Assembly: GCA_017553165.1 (NCBI GenBank) | Contig: JAFZMY010000106.1 | Coordinates: 1-37,564 of the forward strand | DNA: 37,564 nucleotides | Direction of reading: 5' to 3' | Origin: Neisseriaceae bacterium | Lineage (GTDB): Bacteria > Pseudomonadota > Gammaproteobacteria > Burkholderiales > Neisseriaceae | Shown here: positions 24,301 through 35,357 of the stretch, piece after piece | Position numbering within the stretch: the stretch's first letter is position 1 | Layout of the letters: every line of letters starts with the position of its first letter | Notes under the pieces: generated by a model | Databases searched by the model: none | The model's input: the letters and a program-made list of their open reading frames with translations, nothing else | Told to the model about the DNA's origin: nothing | Made by a program: the position numbers and the translations under genes

Positions 24301-25172
24301 GTGGCGATGCCAAAATTCGCTACTCGCAAAATGGAGGTTTAATATTAGTTGGTGGCTTGAAATTAGATGAAGCCACAATTGATTTTCCCAAATCCGGTAT
24401 GCCATCGTTAAGCGATGATGTTGTAGTAGTCGGACAAACAGAAAAAGATAAAGAAGCTACTCCAATGTTGTTGGCAATTGATTTAGGGATTGATCTTAAT
24501 AATGCTTTTCGCTTTTCTGGCAAAGGGTTAGATGTGTTAATGGGGGGCGAATTGCAACTGAAAGCTCAACCCAAAGAGGAAATACGTCTGATTGGTGCAG
24601 TAAATGTTGTTTCAGGACGTTATAAAGCTTACGGTCAAGATTTGGAAATAGACCGTGGGCAAATTGCCTTTATGGGACCAATGGATAATCCGAGCCTTAA
24701 TGTACGTGCAAAACGCCGTTTATCTCCGGTGGGTGCAGGAGTTGAAGTAACTGGTACATTAAGTCACCCACGTGTAGTTTTAATTGCTGATGATCCAATG
24801 TCGGATAAGGACAAGTTAGCATGGTTAGTTTTGGGACGTGGTGCAACATCTGGTGATGATGCAGCATTAGCAGCAGCTATGGGAACTATGTTAGCCGGTG
24901 GTATCAACGATAAAATTGGCTTGGTTGATGATATTGGTTTGACTGGACGTTCTACTCGTAATGATACTGGTGAAGTGAATCCTGCTGAACAAATGGTTAC
25001 CATTGGTAAGCATTTGACTTCACGTATTTATTTAGGTTACGAATATGGATTATCTTCTACAACCCAAGCGGTTAAGTTGATTTTCCAATTAGGTCGTTCT
25101 ATTCAATTAATTGGACGTGCTGGTACAGATTCTTCTGGTGGTGAGATTCGCTATACAACTCGTTTTGATTAA
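21351..25172 (+). CDS. tamB: translocation and assembly module inner-membrane component TamB (DUF490)
   Basis: ~1273 aa with an N-terminal TM anchor (LFLALLLFFVLLISSLSWL). It has a long beta-rich repetitive body and a conserved C-terminal DUF490-like block (GRYKAYGQDLEIDRGQI.F.G..DNP.LNV.A). The ATG at 21351 overlaps the tamA stop. The ORF-track start at 21321 is TTG. Confidence 0.8.
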   Translation: MTDEQITTETPKTTKSSKKKKILVRLFLALLLFFVLLISSLSWLVGTHSGLKTLVFSLPEKFGVHIEAKQLHGTLWKGFGAQDISINTKIGDEISLSNLTFDWDSSQLLKNRLLHIHKLELGKLHIIKIANRESKKTTSNKLPDDIGLPLKVKIDNIISRGVLLGKDILLNDAQLTYSYLDKKHQADIVSINTIWGQIKGQAQLVNQTPFPLSGNIDLHGVINQESADGIIKLSGSLNDIVLQGELASASALWNSDIKLSPFAENAVERIHHISVYGANINPRDFLNSAPQANLAFITEIKPDETAQQLNGILSLFNENPRAYDLGGLPVSKLYGELNINDDSILSLNNIALTLINNGEIKLNGTVADELNLQVALNDVSLSDIISKQSSRQVNGNVSITGKIDEPIAKWQLSQKSLSANGTLLVQSANNGKSLNISQADFSDGNNGIATLSGRLDLFESMPLNIKLESRNFNPEVIGDIYPKGKINGNLSINGTLKDTPNLDSKLSIKNSVLSGMPLLVNGDLHYQKQHLSPSKLDISLGDNKIFAEGTFGHKNDRLNINVHTPSLNQFGLGLQGALNVQGFVAGDIDSLNIQLKGNANKFAYRDYVSLQQLNFDLISSPNLHAPLSINIDGQNLLAGSTEISHINTNAKGTLANHNINAQASINTAGKPYRANIIAAGGFNKDYQWNGNVSQLNLSDSLDVVLESPVSLTASKSLINLGAARWRVLGGLLNLQSLNWKEKQGFLTKGNAQNIQLSHLKNIVDIPVEQNLVLSGDWDIQYNENMRGYLNVNHQSGDIIIPNRTKAIGIKQFSLKSNLSNNRINNTIVAVTDFGNADAQLSIAQNFGDKLLKSPISGSLKLNNVDLNKLKYFLPPDTGLGGQLELDTQIKGSLSDPLISGSLNAQKLYYREREMGIFFTRGTLKSHFDGNRWLIDSLHFDHNSNGSIDVSGEVSRAGIQPNADLNVSLKTYPVVRHADRRVVMSGDAKIRYSQNGGLILVGGLKLDEATIDFPKSGMPSLSDDVVVVGQTEKDKEATPMLLAIDLGIDLNNAFRFSGKGLDVLMGGELQLKAQPKEEIRLIGAVNVVSGRYKAYGQDLEIDRGQIAFMGPMDNPSLNVRAKRRLSPVGAGVEVTGTLSHPRVVLIADDPMSDKDKLAWLVLGRGATSGDDAALAAAMGTMLAGGINDKIGLVDDIGLTGRSTRNDTGEVNPAEQMVTIGKHLTSRIYLGYEYGLSSTTQAVKLIFQLGRSIQLIGRAGTDSSGGEIRYTTRFD

Positions 25173-25208
25173 TAAGCTGAAATTGAAACCGTATATTGTG
25201 AATTTTGT

Positions 25209-25853
25209 ATGTCTAATCAAATATTAATACTAAAAAAATATCTGCTTGTGCTGATAATTGCATTGGTATCTACATCTTGCTTTCACTCCAAACATCAAAC
25301 GTCAGATGCTGATATAAAAAGCTTTCCGGCAGACTATACGCAACTTATACCATTAGAAATTGGTGATTGGATATTGCGTATGGGAAAGGACACTGATAGT
25401 CATTTAATCCGACAGATTAGCAAGGGTAAATTTTCGCACATTGGCATTGTGGTGGAAGTTGAACCAGAAGTTAAAATTGTTCATGCAATTCACGATGAAA
25501 ATTCAGGACAAAGTGGTGTGTTGTATAGCAATTTGCAAAATTTTGTTGCACCAAATGCTGCTGAATATTTCACAGTTTTAAGAGCTACAAACATAAACAA
25601 ACAACAACAAAAAAACATTGCCAAGCATATACAACAACAAATAGGACAGCCATTTGTGCTAAACACAAGAAATGAGAAACATCGATACTGTACAACGTTG
25701 ATATACAATGCTATATTACAAGTTAAACCAGATTTCTCGATACAGTGGAGCAAGGTCAATTTCCCACCATTTAGCGGTGAGTATCTGTTTCCAATTGCCT
25801 TTGAACAGTATCCGCAAGTTAAAGTAATATATTTATCACAAACTGTTGATTGA
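25209..25853 (+). CDS. probable lipoprotein, YiiX/YaeF-like permuted papain-fold (NlpC/P60 superfamily) hydrolase
   Basis: It has a signal/lipobox-like N-terminus (LIIALVSTSC). The His-before-Cys order (GKFSHIGIVV ... HRYCTTLIYNA) is typical of the permuted YiiX family. The family assignment is from motif memory only. Confidence 0.5.
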   Translation: MSNQILILKKYLLVLIIALVSTSCFHSKHQTSDADIKSFPADYTQLIPLEIGDWILRMGKDTDSHLIRQISKGKFSHIGIVVEVEPEVKIVHAIHDENSGQSGVLYSNLQNFVAPNAAEYFTVLRATNINKQQQKNIAKHIQQQIGQPFVLNTRNEKHRYCTTLIYNAILQVKPDFSIQWSKVNFPPFSGEYLFPIAFEQYPQVKVIYLSQTVD

Positions 25854-25855
25854 AT

Positions 25856-25893
25856 AGTCTGCCGAAAAGAGTTTAATTATGTTTCCGGCAGTG
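25856..25893. terminator. degenerate inverted pair of the 13-mer between convergent genes
   Basis: AGTCTGCCGAAAA (25856-25868, one G missing) faces TTTCCGGCAGTG (25882-25893). The pair lies between the stop of the 214-aa gene (25853) and the stop of lnt (25931). Confidence 0.5.
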
Positions 25894-25930
25894 TTATTTT
25901 CTTGGTTTACGTTTGTTATTTTTGGAAAGT

Positions 25931-27493
25931 TTAACAGTTTTTTTGATAATGTCTTCTAACGATAATCCCAGTTATGGTTAGTATGGTGATGAATATGGTT
26001 AATATGCCGATTATGGGTAATGAGCCTCCCATTTTCATGTATGGGGTTTCTCCTTTATATCCGTAAATGGTTGCAATTAAGGTTTGATTGACATCACGTG
26101 GAATCATTGCGATTACTGAACCTTTATTGTTAATAACTGCTGTTATTCCATTGTTTGTTGATCTGACCATGTAACGACCGTTTTCTATTGCACGGGTTTG
26201 GGAGTGTTGCAGTTGGATATTCATGGCATTTGATGAGCCAAACCAGCCCATATTGCTAACATTTGCCATCATTGATGATTGGCGTGCCACATGAATTAAT
26301 TCATCACCAAAGCTATCTTCATAGCAAATATTAAATGCGATTTTTTGTGATGCAAGGTGAAGTGGTTTTTGCCGTTTTCCTCCGCTACTTAAATCGCTAA
26401 ATGGCATGTTCATTAAGTTGTATAACGGTGTGGTTAATAGTGGAAGAGGGCGGTATTCTCCAAACGGTACTAAATGATTTTTGGAGTAGTGAGGTAGGTT
26501 TTCATAGTTTTCTGGGTCGAATTGTGCCAAGCTGATTACGCTGTTTTCATATCCAGTGTTATTTGAATTTATTTGTACGATGCCGGTTGCAAGGTCGAAT
26601 TTATTTCTTTTTGCGGTAGAGGCAAATTGGGCTAATAATCCTTCCGGCAGTGCTTGGCGTAGGACTGGAATTGCACTTTCCGGCAGTATGACAATGTCCA
26701 CATCGTGTAAAGATGCTACTTTGTCGTAGTACATTTGAATATCTTGACTGTATCTTTCTGGGTCGAATTTTAGGTCTTGTGGTACATTGCCTTGGATTAG
26801 GGCAATTTTATTTTGAGTGCCATCAGGGGTTGTGAAGTCTATTTTATGTAGATAATTGGCATATATGACAATGGATAAAATGCCACAAATTGCCCAGATT
26901 TTAGACCAAGCACTGCGTGCGATGAAAATCATTGCTAACCAAGTGCCAATACATGCCACCGATAGGGTAACTAAAAATATTCCGCCAGCAGGTGCAAATC
27001 CTGCCAAAGGTGAATCTGCTATTTGAGAGTATCCTATTACGCCCCATGAAAATCCGGTCATAGCAGTTGAACGCATGTATTCGCATATTGTCCACAGTGG
27101 TGGGAGAATTAGTGCTAAACGAGCATTTTTGCTTAATGGTAATTTTTCTAATATCCAAAAACATAATGCAGGATACAGTGCTAAATATAGTGGAAATAGC
27201 AAAGTCATAGGAATTGCATACGCTTGCGGTAATCCCCCCACATCATGCAATGAGATGTTTACCCAATAGTTTTGAGTTAAGTATGCAAAAAATCCCCACA
27301 GATAAGCAAGACGTAAAACTCGGTCTTGATGTTTATGAATGGTTAGTACCAAGATGCAAAATAAAATTGGCATCAGCCAATACAAACGATAAGGTGCAAA
27401 AGTAAATGGTGTTAAAGCACCACAAATCGACACTATCAGCCAAGATGAGTGTCGATTGAGTAGCAGTTGTTTTAGTCTGCCGGAAAGTTTCAT
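25931..27493 (-). CDS. lnt: apolipoprotein N-acyltransferase
   Basis: 520 aa with a polytopic N-terminal half and a C-terminal CN-hydrolase domain (ILPESA..., NICYE catalytic Cys). Confidence 0.9.
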   Translation of the reverse strand: MKLSGRLKQLLLNRHSSWLIVSICGALTPFTFAPYRLYWLMPILFCILVLTIHKHQDRVLRLAYLWGFFAYLTQNYWVNISLHDVGGLPQAYAIPMTLLFPLYLALYPALCFWILEKLPLSKNARLALILPPLWTICEYMRSTAMTGFSWGVIGYSQIADSPLAGFAPAGGIFLVTLSVACIGTWLAMIFIARSAWSKIWAICGILSIVIYANYLHKIDFTTPDGTQNKIALIQGNVPQDLKFDPERYSQDIQMYYDKVASLHDVDIVILPESAIPVLRQALPEGLLAQFASTAKRNKFDLATGIVQINSNNTGYENSVISLAQFDPENYENLPHYSKNHLVPFGEYRPLPLLTTPLYNLMNMPFSDLSSGGKRQKPLHLASQKIAFNICYEDSFGDELIHVARQSSMMANVSNMGWFGSSNAMNIQLQHSQTRAIENGRYMVRSTNNGITAVINNKGSVIAMIPRDVNQTLIATIYGYKGETPYMKMGGSLPIIGILTIFITILTITGIIVRRHYQKNC

Positions 27494-27573
27494 GTGATGT
27501 TTATCCCTTTTGCAATTTTCATTTTTAATTTTATCTTATGTGTTGCGGATTTTATCAGTAGTAATAAATTTAG

Positions 27574-29985
<2,412 letters not shown>

Positions 29986-29996
29986 TTAGTTAATCA

Positions 29997-30031
29997 AAAG
30001 GCATCATTATCAAATAGATAACGATGCCTTT
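29997..30031 (-). terminator. rho-independent terminator after zipA
   Basis: AAAGGCATC (29997-30005) pairs with GATGCCTTT (30023-30031). After one mismatch the stem extends by 5 more bp, with a 5-nt loop. The minus strand continues CCTTTTG. Confidence 0.65.
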
Positions 30032-30052
30032 ATTTGTTATGTGATAGGAATG

Positions 30053-31465
30053 CTATGAAAATAAACGTTTAGCCAATTCTCCACCTGGAACTATACCAAC
30101 AGCCATCATCTCTTTTTGACGTTCATCGATATATTCTCCAATGCCACGCAACCATTGTGGAGTAAGTTCGTTTAATTTATCATCTACCAAGTCCAATCCC
30201 AAAGCACCAGAAAGTTTAACAGTCAACTCCATGAAATTATTAAAGTTATTCTTATTTTTTTTGTTTTCTGGTGGGACATTGGTAATGTCAAATAAAATGC
30301 TAAAACCTTTATAGTTTTGTGCGGCTAACAATTCAGCTGTAAATGGACGATTTTCCAAATCAACTACGGTAAATAGTGCCTCATCATAGTTTGGATAATA
30401 GAATGAACCATCAGGATGTAATTCAAAACCATTAGATTCCAACGTAGAACGCATAATAGTTCCTGTAATAGTGCTACGGCTTACCAAGTGAATTGCGATT
30501 GTTTGATCCACTTTGGCACACAAAGCATCTAATGGACGTGCTTTACTTAAAAATTTATCAATATCGGTAAGGTATAAACCGCCATTCATATTTTTAGCAA
30601 ATTCATTTACTTTCTCACCGAATTGCTCTAATTCATAGGAACTTGCCAAACCAGAACGACTAATTGCTTGTAAACCGATGGCAAATGCTTGATATTGCAC
30701 TCCCGGAATAGGGTCTGCTGCCTGAAATTGTCCGTCCATAGTGCAACCGATAATACGGTACAAATGACGACCAGATGAAAGACGTGGCAGTGCGTTTAAT
30801 TCTTTGGGGTGTCGTAAAGAAACGTATGCCATGTAGTCGAAATCGTGATTGAACCAAGACAATTTGGCATTTTTTAAATCATCTAAACTAATCAATAAAT
30901 TGTTAGTTGATTCAGGCTTGGTGCTATCTAATTGAGGTTGAGTAATATTGACGAACTTATATTCATTACTTTGTTGTGGTTTGCCGCTTAATATGCTGTT
31001 TTCAGTTTCATTTTTATCAAAATTTAAATTAACTGTTTCTGATTTTTGCAAATTAGCAGTAACAGTTTTTTCTTGTGGCTTATCATCTACAACTTCTATG
31101 CTTATATCATCATCATCATCTTCATTTTCTTCGATATTGTTGATAGATACCTCGTCATCACCTAAACTTACTTCTACATTAAGTGATTGTTTGTCATCAA
31201 GAGCAAATGATTGAATATCTGGTTTTATTTCTTCTTTTACAGTTGCAGCAGGTTCGGCTTTTTTTGCGACAGGTTTAGGTTTGGTTAAGCGTTGTCCATC
31301 GCGTACTTGCTGGGCATTTTTTTCCAATAGGGCATCGCGGTCAGAATGACCAAATTGCTCATGTATTTTTCTGCGATATTCTTTTTCTTGGTAATTGTTG
31401 TATATCAATACCGCTAAAACGGCGATAGCAGCCAAAATCAGTATCCATAGAACAGTATTACTCAT
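30053..31465 (-). CDS. zipA: cell division protein ZipA
   Basis: It has an N-terminal TM anchor followed by YQEKEYRRKIHEQFGHSDRDALL (a Neisseria-type ZipA start). A long charged/acidic linker follows, then a C-terminal FtsZ-binding-like domain. It sits in the conserved position next to ligA. Confidence 0.8.
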   Translation of the reverse strand: MSNTVLWILILAAIAVLAVLIYNNYQEKEYRRKIHEQFGHSDRDALLEKNAQQVRDGQRLTKPKPVAKKAEPAATVKEEIKPDIQSFALDDKQSLNVEVSLGDDEVSINNIEENEDDDDDISIEVVDDKPQEKTVTANLQKSETVNLNFDKNETENSILSGKPQQSNEYKFVNITQPQLDSTKPESTNNLLISLDDLKNAKLSWFNHDFDYMAYVSLRHPKELNALPRLSSGRHLYRIIGCTMDGQFQAADPIPGVQYQAFAIGLQAISRSGLASSYELEQFGEKVNEFAKNMNGGLYLTDIDKFLSKARPLDALCAKVDQTIAIHLVSRSTITGTIMRSTLESNGFELHPDGSFYYPNYDEALFTVVDLENRPFTAELLAAQNYKGFSILFDITNVPPENKKNKNNFNNFMELTVKLSGALGLDLVDDKLNELTPQWLRGIGEYIDERQKEMMAVGIVPGGELAKRLFS

Positions 31466-31607
31466 AGGAATATTTCCATCAGATGTATTTGAATAAAGTG
31501 CGATTATATCTAAAAAACACCACTACGGCGATAATATTAGCCATTATTTAGCCTATCAATAGTAGATAATGTTGCATATTATTGACAATATTTTTTATAT
31601 ATAACAC

Positions 31608-32690
31608 CTATTTAGGCAACATGTCTGATAGGCAATTTTGCAATAATTCAATATCGTTACATTCCTTAATAATGGCATGTCCGAGTGATTCTAATACTAT
31701 AAATCTAATCTTTCCGGCAGCCACTTTTTTATCGTGTCTCATGTGTTCAATCCAGCGTTCAAATGGGAATTGTGGCGGAGTGTCAGGTAGTGATGCTTTT
31801 TGCAATAAATTACTAACACGTAAAGTATCTTGGGGTGAGATAAATCCCATAAGTTCTGATAGGCGACATGCAACAATCATTCCGGCAGCCACAGCTTCAC
31901 CATGTAGCCATGTTCCGTATCCCATTTGAGTTTCGATAGCATGACCAAAGGTGTGCCCTAAATTTAACAATGCACGTTGTCCATTTTCTTTTTCATCGGC
32001 AGCGACAATATCAGCTTTCATCGCACAGCATTTTTCTACTGCATACGCTAATGATTCATAATCTAATGCCATTAGTTGTTCGATATGTTGTTCTATCCAT
32101 TGTAAAAACTCAATATCTCCTAATAGAGCATATTTAATGACTTCCGCCATGCCAGCGGCAAATTCTCGTTTAGGTAAAGTGTGTAATGTATCTAATCCAG
32201 CAAACACCGCTTGTGGTTGATAAAACGCTCCAATCATATTTTTACCCCAAGGGTGATTAATACCTGTTTTCCCACCAACAGATGAATCTACTTGACTCAA
32301 TAAAGTAGTTGGAATTTGTACAAAAGGCATACCACGTTGATAGGTGGCAGCTGCAAAACCAGTCATATCACCAATTACGCCACCACCTAATGCAATTAAG
32401 GTGGAACGTCTTTCCATGCGTTTTTGCATTAAACTATCATAGATAATCTGTAAAGTTTCTATATTTTTATAACTTTCTCCATCTGGCAGAATAATCTCGT
32501 GAACATTTTTTCCGGCAGACTTTAATACTTCTGTAACGCTTTTTAAGTACAAAGGAGCGATTGTTTCGTTGGTAACAATTGTGCAATTGTTAGCAATGTG
32601 TTGGTTTGAATATTGTTGTAACAATTGAATTAACGATGCTCCAATGTAAATTGGATATGAATGAGACGGAGTATTAACAGATAAAATCAT
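31608..32690 (-). CDS. aroB: 3-dehydroquinate synthase
   Basis: It has the [19 protein letters not shown] and [12 protein letters not shown] motifs. The ATG at 32690 overlaps the aroK TGA (ATGA). The longer ORF-track start at 32735 lies inside aroK. Confidence 0.93.
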   Translation of the reverse strand: MILSVNTPSHSYPIYIGASLIQLLQQYSNQHIANNCTIVTNETIAPLYLKSVTEVLKSAGKNVHEIILPDGESYKNIETLQIIYDSLMQKRMERRSTLIALGGGVIGDMTGFAAATYQRGMPFVQIPTTLLSQVDSSVGGKTGINHPWGKNMIGAFYQPQAVFAGLDTLHTLPKREFAAGMAEVIKYALLGDIEFLQWIEQHIEQLMALDYESLAYAVEKCCAMKADIVAADEKENGQRALLNLGHTFGHAIETQMGYGTWLHGEAVAAGMIVACRLSELMGFISPQDTLRVSNLLQKASLPDTPPQFPFERWIEHMRHDKKVAAGKIRFIVLESLGHAIIKECNDIELLQNCLSDMLPK

Positions 32691-33202
32691 TTTTTTCCCA
32701 CGATAGGTAACAAGGTTTGAAGTAATTGATTGCACGATTGTTTATCGATTGAAATAGTGTAATCTGCGATTTCTCGATAAAATGGTGTACGTTCGATAAT
32801 TAGGCTTTTTAATTTTTCCAAAGGATTATCAACTTGCAATAGCGGTCTATCTTTGTGGGGACGTATCCTTTCTAACAAAGTTTCTGCTGTTGCTTCCAAG
32901 TAGATAACAGTACCACGTTTGCTTAACAAACTGCGATTAACAGGATTTATTACCGCACCACCGCCGGTTGCCAAGATAATTTTATTTCGTCCAGTAAGCT
33001 CCTCTATAACGGCTGCTTCACGTTTTCGAAATCCATCTTCGCCTTCTAACGCAAAAATCGTAGGAATATCCACCCCCATGCGTTCCATAAGAAAATGGTC
33101 GGTATCGATAAAAGTATGCTGTGTCTGTTGTGCTAACATTTTGCCTAATGTGGTTTTACCCACACCGGGCATGCCAATAAAAAAGAAGTTGTCATTTTTC
33201 AT
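32687..33202 (-). CDS. aroK: shikimate kinase
   Basis: 171 aa with the Walker A motif [11 protein letters not shown] and ATGGG. It sits in the aroK-aroB operon order. Confidence 0.93.
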   Translation of the reverse strand: MKNDNFFFIGMPGVGKTTLGKMLAQQTQHTFIDTDHFLMERMGVDIPTIFALEGEDGFRKREAAVIEELTGRNKIILATGGGAVINPVNRSLLSKRGTVIYLEATAETLLERIRPHKDRPLLQVDNPLEKLKSLIIERTPFYREIADYTISIDKQSCNQLLQTLLPIVGKK

Positions 33203-33304
33203 AAGGGATAGATTGTAACCTAAACTATCGTTTGAGTCTCATAATAATAGTTTTCCGGCAGACTTCCAGCTACAAGTTTCATGCAGATGAAATATATCAA
33301 TATA

Positions 33305-33452
33305 AGAAACTCCTGCAAAACTGGCATATGTGGCACATTTCGCACGTTTAAGTTGCTCGAAATCTTGCCTAACTAATTTTTTTATGTCTTCGATTTCTGT
33401 GCTACTAAAACTTTGAACTGTATTCACATCTACCAGTTTTGCAGGAGTTTCT
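33305..33452. mobile_element. MITE copy B (148 bp)
   Basis: Perfect 20-bp TIRs: AGAAACTCCTGCAAAACTGG (33305-33324) and CCAGTTTTGCAGGAGTTTCT (33433-33452). The interior aligns with copy A (e.g. GCATATGTGGCACATTTCGCACGTTTAAGTTGCT versus GCATCTGTGGCACACTTCATACGTTTGCGTTGCT). ATA flanks both ends and may be a 3-bp target duplication. Confidence 0.7.
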
Positions 33453-33458
33453 ATAATC

Positions 33459-33488
33459 TTGACAATAAAATGATTTTAATGCTAAAAT
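33459..33488 (+). promoter_or_regulatory. candidate sigma70 promoter for rpsU, abutting the MITE
   Basis: TTGACA (33459-33464), an 18-nt spacer, then TAAAAT (33483-33488). This would give a ~180-nt leader before rpsU. Confidence 0.4.
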
Positions 33489-33674
33489 TGCCGATTCATT
33501 TTTCAGGTTTTGTTTTGAGTAACAACTTGAATTTAAGACATAGTGTGCTACTTAACTACGCATTGGGTTTGTCAGGAGGTGGTTTTTAGTAAAAAACGTT
33601 AAATCGTTAAATGCCCAAATGTGAGTTAATAGCATGATTTTGAATTAATTTTGAAATTTAAAGAAGGATAATAA

Positions 33675-33887
33675 ATGCCAAGTATTCGTGTAAAAGAAGG
33701 CGAAGTTTTTGAAGTGGCAATGCGTCGCTTCAAACGTTCTGTGGAAAAATCTGGACTCCTGACAGAGTTGCGTGCTCGTGAAGCATACGAAAAACCTACT
33801 ACCGAACGTAAACGTAAAAAAGCAGCAGCAGTTAAACGCACTCAAAAACGTTTGCGTAGCCAACAATTACCTCCAAAATTATACTAA
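33675..33887 (+). CDS. rpsU: 30S ribosomal protein S21
   Basis: [67 protein letters not shown] is near-identical to the Neisseria-type S21 as I remember it. GAAGGA RBS. Confidence 0.97.
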   Translation: MPSIRVKEGEVFEVAMRRFKRSVEKSGLLTELRAREAYEKPTTERKRKKAAAVKRTQKRLRSQQLPPKLY

Positions 33888-33925
33888 TTGTAACGGTGCA
33901 TACTGTTTGAATAAGTATGCGATAT

Positions 33926-33954
33926 GCCGCAGATTTTTACTCTGCGGCTTTTTT
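33926..33954 (+). terminator. rho-independent terminator after rpsU
   Basis: GCCGCAG (33926-33932), a 9-nt loop, CTGCGGC (33942-33948), then TTTTTT (33949-33954). Confidence 0.8.
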
Positions 33955-34015
33955 CGCATACACAACAAGTCTTGCTTGCAAAGTGGTTGATTTGTTATAT
34001 AACTGTTTGTTAAAT

Positions 34016-34840
34016 ATGAAAAATATTTTATTGTATTTTGCTTTATTAACATCTGTTGCTTTGTGCTCTTGTAGCCGGAATACAGATGCTTGTTGCGTAC
34101 AACAAGCACAAAATGCTACTGATACACAAACAGTACAAGCAAATTCTGCCACAGAAAATTCCCAAGAAAATAAAGTGCTTGCTAATTTAGCAGATATGTT
34201 ACTTTTGTATGAGGAAGAAGATGGGGATTCTGCAATAAGCAAATATGCCCTGATTGATATTGATAAAGATGGTCAAGATGAAATTTGGATAACCAGCCAT
34301 GACGAGAGAGATGGTGCGGTTTTTTCACTTATTGGCGAAAAGCCAATTTTATTAGCATCACAAATAGGAAGACTTTCGCCATCTTTTGCATCAGGAGTAC
34401 TATCTATGTCTGGTGCAACTGGAGGTCCTACTTATTACACCGGACTTATTACAATTAAAAATAGTCTGCCGGAACACACTTTGTCTATTTCTAATGTATA
34501 TGATGATTACAGCTACTATTTAGATGACAAAGAAATTAGCGAAAGTGAAGCTAAACAATTTCAATCGACATTGCCCCAAGACTTTTCGCAAACAGTAACA
34601 CTAATTGAGTTGCCAATTGGTAATGAGCAAGGCGATGAAATTGACAAGCAATTGTTTGAATTAAATAAAATAAAACATGAGTGGTTGCAAACATTGCCAA
34701 CTGATGCAAAGAATAATACCTTAATTCAACAGGCAACAACTATTAATGAAAATCTAAAAAGCAAATTAGATACAATGAGTGTAGTGCAAAAGAATGCGTT
34801 TTATACAATCAAACCAGTTGATAATTGGAAGAATCCATAA
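34016..34840 (+). CDS. lipoprotein of unknown function
   Basis: MKNILLYFALLTSVALCSCS is a signal peptide with a lipobox-like Cys. It is followed by a Gln/Thr/Asn-rich linker and a ~220-aa domain I cannot assign. The ORF-track start at 33917 would overlap the rpsU terminator, so the ATG at 34016 is preferred. Confidence 0.6.
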   Translation: MKNILLYFALLTSVALCSCSRNTDACCVQQAQNATDTQTVQANSATENSQENKVLANLADMLLLYEEEDGDSAISKYALIDIDKDGQDEIWITSHDERDGAVFSLIGEKPILLASQIGRLSPSFASGVLSMSGATGGPTYYTGLITIKNSLPEHTLSISNVYDDYSYYLDDKEISESEAKQFQSTLPQDFSQTVTLIELPIGNEQGDEIDKQLFELNKIKHEWLQTLPTDAKNNTLIQQATTINENLKSKLDTMSVVQKNAFYTIKPVDNWKNP

Positions 34841-34865
34841 ATTGTAATTCTTGGGAGCAAAAGAA

Positions 34866-35309
34866 ATGTCATTGAAACAGCAAATTAATGAAGATATGAA
34901 AAGTGCGATGAAGGCACGCCTTGCTGATAAATTATCAACTATTCGCATGCTTTTAGCTGCTATGAAACAAGTTGAAGTTGACGAACGTATTGAATTAGAT
35001 GATGCACGTATTATTACCATTATTACCAAAATGGTTAAGCAACGCCAAGATTCTGAACGCATTTACCGCGAAGCAGGACATACCGAGAGAGCCGAAAAGG
35101 AAGCCTTTGAAATTGCTCTTTTGAAGAACTATTTGCCACAACAAATGTCTGATGATGAAATTAAAAACCTTATTGACCAAACAATTAGCAATACAGGTGC
35201 AACAAGCATGGCAGATATGGGAAAAGTAATGGGGCAACTTAAAACACAATTGGCAGGACGTGCAGATATGGCTGTGGTTAGCCGTTTATTGAAAGAGGCT
35301 TTATCTTAA
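34866..35309 (+). CDS. yqeY: GatB/YqeY domain protein
   Basis: It has the MSLKQQINEDMKSAMKA...LSTIRMLLAAMKQ start and the C-terminal GKVMGQLK block typical of YqeY. A GGGAG RBS precedes the ATG at 34866. Confidence 0.8.
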   Translation: MSLKQQINEDMKSAMKARLADKLSTIRMLLAAMKQVEVDERIELDDARIITIITKMVKQRQDSERIYREAGHTERAEKEAFEIALLKNYLPQQMSDDEIKNLIDQTISNTGATSMADMGKVMGQLKTQLAGRADMAVVSRLLKEALS

Positions 35310-35357
35310 ATAGACTTTTGTATTAAGACGCAGTTGTTTTTTTAGGAATTAAGAATA

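Noticed and set aside
33239-33427. 62-aa minus-strand ORF between aroK and rpsU
   Set aside because: It lies almost entirely inside MITE copy B and the adjacent uptake sequence. The homologous MITE copy A does not preserve the frame, and there is no RBS.
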